Below, one piece after another: positions 10,496-19,900 of a DNA stretch of 64,000 nucleotides (position 1 is its first letter; every line of letters starts with the position of its first letter). The DNA is from an uncultured virus (IMG/VR IMGVR_UViG_3300044630_001076) (taxonomy: Duplodnaviria; Heunggongvirae; Uroviricota; Caudoviricetes; Crassvirales), in the IMG/VR virus record IMGVR_UViG_3300044630_001076. The stretch is one strand, 5' to 3'. A program made the position numbers and the translations under genes. The notes below the pieces were generated by a model that was given only the letters and a program-made list of their open reading frames with translations, was not told where the DNA came from and ran no database searches.

Positions 10496-11239
10496 ATGTA
10501 CATAGACAATTGCCCTAAATGTTATACCATTACGTACTCTCCTAAGCAGGGTGGATGGACTTCGTACCATTCATACTCTCCTGATTGGATGGTGGCAATG
10601 AACAATAATCTTTATACCTTTAAAGATGGTAATTTGTATAAGCATAATGCTAATCAAGTTAGAAATAGCTATTACGGCACATTATATCCATCTAAAATAA
10701 CAACCATATTTAACAATGAACCTTCTCAAACAAAGCAGTTTAAAACTATCGCAACTAACTCCACTACAGCGTGGAGTACTATTGTTTCATCTGATCAGGG
10801 TGATGGCTATGTTGATGATAGCAACTATGCTCTAAAAGAAGGCACATTCTATGCTTATATAAGAAGAAATCCAAATGATGATGATTTGTCATTTATTTCA
10901 GCTCAAGGCATAGGGAATGTCACTTTGTATGCTTCCAATGTATTAAACTTTAATTTTAACATTGGGTCTATAGTAAGTTCTGGAGATAGAGTTTTTTGGA
11001 TGAACGGAAATACAATGACTTTCGCAGGATTTGTAACTAGTCATAACAGCAATAGCATTACTATTAATCAAACAGGGATCGCTCCTGCAAATAATAGCTT
11101 TATATTGTATGTAAAAAATAGTGTGGCAGAATCAACTCCAACAAGAGGAACATACTTAGAAGTAGAGTTTACAAATTACGATACGTCATATACAGAAATG
11201 TTTATGGTGACATCTGATGTATTCAAATCATATTCTTAA
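10496..11239 (+). CDS. C-terminal part of tail stabilisation protein, encoded separately
   Basis: TITYSPKQGGWTSYHSYSPDWM..LYTFKDGNLYKH and KEGTFYAYI motifs, usually the end of the stabilisation protein. Confidence 0.65.
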   Translation: MYIDNCPKCYTITYSPKQGGWTSYHSYSPDWMVAMNNNLYTFKDGNLYKHNANQVRNSYYGTLYPSKITTIFNNEPSQTKQFKTIATNSTTAWSTIVSSDQGDGYVDDSNYALKEGTFYAYIRRNPNDDDLSFISAQGIGNVTLYASNVLNFNFNIGSIVSSGDRVFWMNGNTMTFAGFVTSHNSNSITINQTGIAPANNSFILYVKNSVAESTPTRGTYLEVEFTNYDTSYTEMFMVTSDVFKSYS

Positions 11240-11245
11240 TATAAC

Positions 11246-11253
11246 TATCTTTG
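11246..11253 (+). promoter_or_regulatory. Bacteroidetes -7 element (TATCTTTG)
   Basis: TAnnTTTG 3 nt before ATG 11257. Confidence 0.6.
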
Positions 11254-11256
11254 TAA

Positions 11257-11664
11257 ATGGAATTTAATATTAGGTTGCTAAACGACAGCGACTATGATGA
11301 CACGCTAGTTAAATGGTGGAAAGATTGGGGAGGACAGGCACCACCAAAAGATTCATTGCCATTAAATGGAACAGGTGGATTTATGGTATCAAAGGGTGAT
11401 GTAGATATTTGTGCAGGATTTGCATATTTTACAAACTCTGGTATAGCCTATTGTGAATTTGTCGTATCAAATTTTAATTATAGAGAAAAAGACAGAAAAC
11501 AAGCTATAGAAACTCTTATAAATACTATTAGTGAAGCTAGTAGAAATGCAGGATACAAATATATGTGGGTGTCCTCATTTAATAAAAGTTTGGTTAAAAG
11601 ATATGAGGCTTGTGGTTATATTAAAACGCAAGATGATTGCGTAGAAATGATTAAAAAACTATAA
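11257..11664 (+). CDS. GNAT-like acetyltransferase, head of ejection-protein module
   Basis: ICAGFAYFTNS and SLVKRYEACGY pattern; position before internal virion proteins. Confidence 0.6.
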   Translation: MEFNIRLLNDSDYDDTLVKWWKDWGGQAPPKDSLPLNGTGGFMVSKGDVDICAGFAYFTNSGIAYCEFVVSNFNYREKDRKQAIETLINTISEASRNAGYKYMWVSSFNKSLVKRYEACGYIKTQDDCVEMIKKL

Positions 11665-11665
11665 A

Positions 11666-12460
11666 ATGGGAATAGAAACAGCCATAGGTTTAGGTTTAGC
11701 TGCCGTAGGTTCTGCAACTCAAATTATCCAAGGTGCTAATGCAAAGTCACAAGCGGATAAAGCAGCTACTGATGCCGCTAATCAATTATCACGTATTCAG
11801 GAAGCCGATAGATTCAAAAGTCTACAGTTACCTACATTAGGGTTTGAGTTAGCTCAACAAAATATTCAAGCTGACCAAGCTAATCAGTTACGAGCATTAC
11901 AAGAAACAGGAGCCGCTGGTGTTCTTGGTGGTTTAACTGGGCTTGAGCAACAATCACGTGCACAAGATTTGCAATTAGCGGCACAAGCTAACCAAATGCA
12001 ATCTCAAAGAGATGCAATGCTTGCACAAAATGCACAGCAAATTGAGCAGAATAGAGCTCAAAGAGAAGCTGGGTTAGCTTCTTCTAGATTGCAAGGTGCA
12101 CAGGTAAGAGGGGCACAAGGTGAAGGAATGGTTCAAGCAGGTATTGCAGGATTAGGTCAAATTGGTGGACAAGTTGCTTTGGCATCATTAAAAAATCAAC
12201 CATTGTATGAGACCCCACCAACAAAACAACTTACATCTGAAGAAAGAAATTTGGCAGGATTAAAAGCTACTGGCAGTACTCCTGTTCCAAATTATTTACA
12301 ACCAGAAATAAATAGTATGGCTGGATTAACAAATCAGTTTATGGATTTACGTAATCAGTCATTACCGCAACAACCATTATTAGATGCGTTTACGCAATCA
12401 AGTGCTTATAATCCTTATCCTATTAATTGGATGAGTCAAAATCTAAATTTACCTAGATAA
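11666..12460 (+). CDS. Internal virion / ejection protein
   Basis: Gly/Ala-rich hydrophobic N-terminus and Gln/Ala-rich coiled coil. Confidence 0.6.
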   Translation: MGIETAIGLGLAAVGSATQIIQGANAKSQADKAATDAANQLSRIQEADRFKSLQLPTLGFELAQQNIQADQANQLRALQETGAAGVLGGLTGLEQQSRAQDLQLAAQANQMQSQRDAMLAQNAQQIEQNRAQREAGLASSRLQGAQVRGAQGEGMVQAGIAGLGQIGGQVALASLKNQPLYETPPTKQLTSEERNLAGLKATGSTPVPNYLQPEINSMAGLTNQFMDLRNQSLPQQPLLDAFTQSSAYNPYPINWMSQNLNLPR

Positions 12461-12461
12461 T

Positions 12462-13991
12462 ATGGCAGAATTTGCAGGATATATTGGCAATCAATACCCA
12501 CCAACAGATTGGGGCAAGATAGGAGTTAACCTATTGGAGCAATTTGATAAGGAAAATCAAAGAAGAAAGGACGAAAAAGAGAAAATCGATAATGATTATG
12601 CTGAGTCATTTTCTAAGATTGGTGAGTACGAACAAACAACCGACCAGGATGTTAACGAATTTATATATAAAGGCGTAGACGAAGTGCGTAATGGCATTAA
12701 GACTCAATACGATTTACTTAAGAAAGGAGCCATTACTATGGCTGACTATAAGTTATATAAATCAACAGCTATGTCTGATTGGTCTAGTTTAAATAAAGCA
12801 GTAAAAGGATTCGGTGCAACTATTGAGGCAAGTCAAAAACTTATCACAGAAGGTAAAATGTCTGGTCTTGGTCAGTACAACTCATTAAACTTTGCTAAGT
12901 TGGGGGACTTAAAAACAGCCAAGATTATGGTTAACCCTCAGACTGGTCGTATCTATCGTGCAAACATTGATCCTAAGACAGGAAAGATATCATCTCCTGA
13001 TGATGTTTATAGCCCATCTGCTATGATTAATCCAGCTAATTTAGTAGATTTAAAAGTTAATTTGGATGACCAAATTGACCCTTTCTTAAAGCGTTTAGAA
13101 AAGGTTGGTGTTGCTCGTAATATGGGGAATGGTGTTATTGAGGTTGATGAATCAGCTAGAAATAACCCTGCGTTTAAAACAGCATTAGATGCTCAAGTAA
13201 ATGCAGTAACTGCTACTCCTCGTTCAACAACAAGTATCTTAACTGACTATGTCGGAGACTATCAATTCTTTGAGTCTGAGGCTCAGAAAAAAGAGTTGAT
13301 GGCAAAAGGTATTGATGAGGACAAGTTGATTAAAGTACAGCGAAAGAATGGCATCGCAGAACCTATCTTAACCGAGGATCAAGAGAATGTGGCAAAAGAT
13401 TTTGTGCGTACTCAAATTGAAGTAGGTGTTGGTGGTACCGAGAAAATGACAACTCCTTGGAAGCCTAATGCTCCAAGAGTATCACGAGGAGGAGGATCTG
13501 GTGGATCTAAGAAACCAACTCAAGGAGAACAAAATTTAGTGGCCCTTTTTGATAGTACATCTAGTATAATGCAAGATGTTCTTGCAAATGGAATTAATTC
13601 AGAATATGCTAAAGATATACTTAATAATCTGCAAGATGATTATGAGTTATTACAAGGATCAACAATTAAAAAGAATGCTTCTGGAGGAGTGGATGTATTT
13701 AATCACAATAAAGTTAAAGTATATTCAATTAATAATTTAGCTGACTTTTATAGTGTTCTAAATAAAAAAAGCAGAACTCAAGGTATTGCTGATTATAATA
13801 GATATCTACAATTAGCTCAAGGAGGAGGGACTCCTGCACCTGCAAAACCAGCAGCACAGAAGAAACCAGCTGCACCTAAAAAAACTGCAACTATGGTACA
13901 AATTAATGCCATGACGTCAGCACAAAGAGGTGGGCTTAGTGCAACAGAATATGCTAATTACTTAAAGACTCAAGGTTATACAATAAAATAA
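12462..13991 (+). CDS. Internal virion / ejection protein
   Basis: 509 aa, helical, TDWGKIG N-terminal motif; between the small ejection protein and the giant protein. Confidence 0.55.
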   Translation: MAEFAGYIGNQYPPTDWGKIGVNLLEQFDKENQRRKDEKEKIDNDYAESFSKIGEYEQTTDQDVNEFIYKGVDEVRNGIKTQYDLLKKGAITMADYKLYKSTAMSDWSSLNKAVKGFGATIEASQKLITEGKMSGLGQYNSLNFAKLGDLKTAKIMVNPQTGRIYRANIDPKTGKISSPDDVYSPSAMINPANLVDLKVNLDDQIDPFLKRLEKVGVARNMGNGVIEVDESARNNPAFKTALDAQVNAVTATPRSTTSILTDYVGDYQFFESEAQKKELMAKGIDEDKLIKVQRKNGIAEPILTEDQENVAKDFVRTQIEVGVGGTEKMTTPWKPNAPRVSRGGGSGGSKKPTQGEQNLVALFDSTSSIMQDVLANGINSEYAKDILNNLQDDYELLQGSTIKKNASGGVDVFNHNKVKVYSINNLADFYSVLNKKSRTQGIADYNRYLQLAQGGGTPAPAKPAAQKKPAAPKKTATMVQINAMTSAQRGGLSATEYANYLKTQGYTIK

Positions 13992-13997
13992 CAAAAA

Positions 13998-16900
13998 ATG
14001 CCAGATCAATTACCAGTACCTTCGGCAGAAGAAGCAAAGAAGTTTAAATCATCAGCTTCGTCTAGTGGTTCAACAGGTGGATCAAGCCTACCTGTTCCAT
14101 CGGCTGCTGATATACAAAAATTTAAATCATCTACGGCTCAAAAAAAAAATCCAATTCCTGCGGCTGGAGCTTCTGCTTCCGTGGTTACAAAACCTTCTTC
14201 GGTTTCAAATCAACCGGCAAAACCAGCACCTTCGGCATCATCATCAGCCGCACCTAAACCCGTGAGTGTGATACCTGGCAAAAGCCAAGGTAAATTACTT
14301 ATGGTTCAGCCTAAAAAAACTGCGGGAGAAGCAGCTCTTGAAGCTAGTGAAGCTAAAAGAGATGTATTCTCTCCTAATTTTTACGGAGGTCCTGCCACAA
14401 AAAAACAGCCGACTCAAGCTCCTGCCCCTAAAAAAGTTGGAGCATTAGAAGACATTGGAAATACATTCATGTCTTCTGTAAATCGTTTTGCTTCAGGTAT
14501 TGCTGGAATCCCAAACATGGGTCAACAAGCTGCACTTATGTTGGCTACAAAAATGTATGGAATTGATGATGAATATAATGCATTACCTGTTGCTGCAAAA
14601 AAAGAATTAGGCAATGTATTGTCAGCTGTTAGTGTTGGTAGTTCTATCCCATCACCTGCTTTATCTCGTCAGGCACAAGAATATTTTATTAAAAAAAGTG
14701 ATGAGTTTTTAGAAAACACAAACAAGTCAGATAAATTTTTAAATGAGAGAATTGGTGATTTTTATAAAGCTCCTTCAGTAGAAAAAGCAACTGATTTGTT
14801 TTTAGAGATACCTAAAGGTTTTGCAGGTAGCTTGCCATACATGATTAATCCAATGGCTGGTGCTGTTAGTGCTGCAAGTGAACAATACAATAAAGACATA
14901 CAAGAAGCAGATGGTAAATTAGGATGGGGTCAGTTATTAAATGCTGGGGTTACTGGGGTTAGTGAATTCTACATTGAAAGACTATCAAATCAAATTTTAA
15001 ATAAATCCATTAAACAAGCTATTAATTCGCCTAAAGTCGCAAAAGATTTGGCTGAAGGATTTGTAAAATCCGTATTGAAAGATGTTGGTATGGAGGGTGC
15101 TGGTGAAGGATTAACAGAATTTGTTCAATCAGTAAGTGATGATATTACAAAAGGTAGAGATATTGATTGGGTAAAAACTGCCAATCAAACTTTAGATGCG
15201 GCTATAACAGGTTCAGGTATTGCTGGAGGTATGCGTACTACTGGTGCTGGAGTTGGGTACTTATCTAAGAAGGTTATGTCTGCCGTTGATAAAAAGAAGT
15301 TAGATAAAAATACTGCTGCTATCATGGACCTTAATACTAAGAAAGGACCTGATAACTCACCTGAAGTAAACGCTGTAATTAATAGTAAGATAAATGAGTT
15401 AAATGATCAAAATAAAAATATCATTAACTCTAATGTTGATAAAGTTAAATCTTTATCAGATGCTCAAATTCAAGAAATTGTTAAGATAGATAGTGACATC
15501 CAAACTATTAATAAAAACCGTGATGCCATTGTCGCTGATCCTAACTTAAATGATACAGAAAAGCAATCATTGCTTGACCATTTAAGATCACAGGCTGCAA
15601 CTTTAACTGAGCGTAAAACTGCTGTTGAAAATCAAAAGGCATTAACAGCGGAATCTTTTCCTAAACCTGATGAGTTTGGGACTGTTACATTTGAGTTTCC
15701 ATCTGAGAAAGATATTCCTAGCGAACTTAAAGGTTTAACTCCTACAGGTAGAGGTTCCGCTTCGGATGAAAAAGGTAACAGAAAAATATTTTTATCATTT
15801 AGTCAAGAACAAATAGACCCAATTATCGATGCCATTCAAAAGCAAACAACAAGTCAAGTACCTGTACAGCCAGAAGCCGGAACTAGCCTCCAAGTGGCGG
15901 AAGGAGAACCCCAAGCAGAACCTCAAGTCCCTACCCAAGAAGGTCAAAGGGAAGAAATAGAGAGAAGAAGACAGGAGGAATTATCTCCTTATGCTAGTCA
16001 GACTACTGTATCGGAAGAAACCTTTGAAGGATTGGACCCAGAAGGCAATCCTGTTGTATATGTTGTTAGAACAATGGCTGACGGAAGTAGACAAGTTCGT
16101 TTGCAATTAACAACAGATGGCAAAGTTGAAACTTTCCCTATAGGAAAAGCTGGGAAAGATATTACTTTTAGCAATGCTGAATTGATTGAAAAATCTTATG
16201 CAAGCGAGCCAAAATCCATATCTATAAATAATAATCCTATCAATCCAACAAAAATAAATAAGATAAATGAAAAGTATGATGCAGAATTAGCAGCATTAGA
16301 ACAACCTACTACCCAAGAAGGTCAAGGGCAAGAAGTAACGCCTACTGAAGAAGAATTTGTTTACGAAACAAATCCTGAAAATAAAAATCAATGGGTTGGC
16401 GATTTTGAAATTATTGATAATAGAGGAGGCAAAGCTGATTTAGAAATAAATGGAAGAGAGGGTAATTGGTATGTAGCTAATAATGTTACAGGTAGATTAA
16501 TGATGGCAAGATCAAAGTCGGATGCACAAAATATTATAAACGATGCAGACTCGTATGACTTTGGACAAGGAGAAACATTTACACGTCCTGTTCAAGCACA
16601 ACCTGTACAAAAAACTGCACCCGTATCAAAGATTGGTGAAGTTACAGATGAAGGGGCAAAGCAAGAAAAAATAAATTTAGATGAAGAGGTGTCCCTACTT
16701 GAGCAGTTACTTGAACAGGAAGAAACAGCTCCTACTCAATCCGCTGGTATATCAATATCAAGTGATACCGATATTGAAGAGTTGAGAAATAGGTCTCAGT
16801 CAAGGTCTCAGAAGGCTACAACACAAGAGGAGAAGGATTCTGCCAATACAAGGGTTAAAATTATAGATACAGCGAAGAAGGCTATTAAGACATTAAAGTC

Positions 16901-19900
16901 TATATTCCCTGATGTTGATATTGTAATCCATGACGATGAAGGGAGCTACAATGCTGCTATGTCAGAAGTGAATGGAGTTTCTGGATCTAGAGGCAACTTC
17001 TTTATTGATACAACTCCCGATGGTAAGACAACAGGTAGAATTGATATTAATCTAACTAAGGCTAACTCTAGAACAGTAGCTCATGAGATTGCTCATGGTA
17101 TATTACTAAAGACCTTTGGAGATAATAAGAACTTGTTCAATGATTTTAGAACAAGACTATCTAAGGTTATTAAGAGTGATGTTAATCAGCAACTAAATGA
17201 TTTTGCTAATCAGTATGTTGATCCTGCTACAGGTGAGTTGCTAGATGTAAACCACGAAGAGTTTTTGGCTGAACTGACTGGTATCTTACAACAGCAAGAG
17301 ACTAAAGTATCTGTGACTACAATGCAGAAACTTGCTGCTTTGATTAATGAGTTTGTATCTAAGATTACTAATGGTAAGTTTAAACCTTTTGAGGACACTA
17401 AGAATACTAAGGATGTGGTTGATTTCTTTAACAACATATCTAGTACAATAAGAGAAGGTGGTGAAATACAGGAGTTAAATGGAGGGGGAGAGGTAGGTAC
17501 ATTTAACTTTACTTCAAGAAGTAGTTTAGATGCAAAGGAAGCTCCAAGTGTAGCGAATGATAGCAGGTCTTTCATTAGAGATTTAGTCGAGGATGTAGAC
17601 ATGATAGATTTCAATGGAAGAAAGTTTGTTACCAATATGTATGACTATACTACTGCTGGAACTACTGACTTGGGGAATGGTTTAACTATAAATATGCTCG
17701 GAGGTAAAAACTACGTTCCATATATGATGTCTTTACAGGACAAGAAGATAGGGGATGTTTCTAATCTAGCAGCATTCAATACTAAGGCTCAAGCAGAATC
17801 ATTTGCACGAAACGCAATAAATGGAGATGCATCTTTATTTGCTCCGCACTCAGGTACATTGTCTGAGTCTTGGCAGTTTCAACAACACACGTTTGCGGAA
17901 CTTGTTAACTTGATTTTGGATAAAAATATAATGAGTAATACTGAATTGATTGATTTATTTAATAAAACAATTAGTTCAGAAGCTAGTAAAAAAGCTTTTA
18001 ATGCATTTAAATCCAAGTATGGTAAAAATATATCTAACTTTAATTCGTTTAAAAATAATCCTAAAAAAATAGTAGAACTATTAGATATTAAAAATAATTA
18101 TTCACCAAACTTAAGGAAGGCTCTAAATAATGCTATATCAGCAGACAAGACTTTTCAAAAAGCTATAGGTGTAAAAAACAAAGAAGAGTTTTTTAAAAGA
18201 ATAATGGACCCTCTAAATGATGGCGTTCAGGGTGGAGAGATAATTAACTTAGTTGAATTTGATCCTAAAACATTTCAAATAGTTCAAACAAAGCCAGGAT
18301 CTTTAGACCATCACCCTTCATTTGGGTGGGCTATTCTATCCAAGATAAACGGAATATATCAGCCTACTAAATTTTACCAATCAAGTAATGTAACTGAAAG
18401 TTATGTTAAGTACAATAAGTCAGGTGAGCAGGTTTCAAGAAAGGCTGAAGAAAGTAACTTTGATAAAAAGAATGTATCATCAAGTGCAGGTTCAATTCCA
18501 AAAGTTGCAGAATTTATTGAGCAATCTGAAGTAAAAAGCAGATCTCAATTACCTAGCAATGACGCACAGAAAATTGTTAATCTAGGACGTGCTAATGGCT
18601 TTTCTGATCAGGCTATATCAAATGTGTTGGAGAAACGTGGTTTTACTCAAGGGGCCATTGATATTGCGTTGGGTAACAAGCCCTTTAGTGCTGAAGAGGG
18701 AGCACCTACTGTGCCATTTACTAAAGAGGAAAAGAAAAGCCCATTAAGTAGTATCCCTGGGTACGAGAGAATGATGGGTGAGGTAGATGGAATTATTGAG
18801 AAGTCATTTAAGCGTGGTGTATCTTTTGATAAAACTATGGACAATGCCATGCAGTATATGTCTAAGTCTAAAGTATATGAAGATGCTAACGATACCCAAC
18901 GAGAAGAAATGGTTCGTGAGGTTCGTAAAATGTTTAATAAAAAAGAGAAGAAAGCTCCTAGTGTTAAAAAACTAGGATTAAAAGAACCAGCTAAAAAAAC
19001 TTTAGTTGACACAAAAAAACTTTTAGATGAACGTCTTGTTGAAATAGATCAGTCTATCAAGGAAGGACAAAGAAACTTTAAGCAGGCTGTCAAAGAAATG
19101 GCTACCGAGATTAAAGCTATGCTTCCTAAAGGAATGTTCTCAAAAGCACAAGTATCAACTATTACAAATGCATTAGCAACCAATCTACTTAATCCTAAAT
19201 TGAGAGAAGCTGCTATTGAAAAAGTAAATCGTATTGTCAATAATGTTGAATATGCTACAAAACTTAAAAATGCTTATGACATTAAGGCTGCAATACGTAA
19301 GACTTTAAAAACAGGAAAGGAAATTATTGATGTAGAAAAAACTGTACGCAATTTCTTGAAAATAGATCCTAGATTGGTATCTGATTTGGAGCAATATGTT
19401 GAACGTGCAAATGAAGTGTTTGAGGCTATTAGAAATGTACGTGTTAAAGGCGATGATGTTATTGGTAGAAGTGCTATGATTTTAGCTGATATTAATGCAT
19501 ATGCTGACAAACAAAATGAAATACAAGATGAAATAAATAAAAATTCATTATTAGACAGGTATGATAATTTAGTACAGGAAGGAAAGATAAGCGGAGATAT
19601 GTCATTAAATGATATTAAAAAATACATAGCTTCCATAGAAGAGGATCCAAAGAAAGCCAATGCTAAAAAGTCGGAAAAAGTTAGAGAGTTTACTAAAGAA
19701 GCTTTTGCTGATTTATCTGATACAGTAAAACAAATGATAGAGGATGGAGAGATAGATAAAGAAGATGTTGACTTTGACATGGTGAGCAAATTTGCTGACA
19801 TGGACATTGAGGCTTTGACAATTGATCAGCAATTAAATGCTGTTGATTCACTTGACAATTTTGTTGTCAATGGTGTTACTAGCCGAATGGGTGCTATTTT

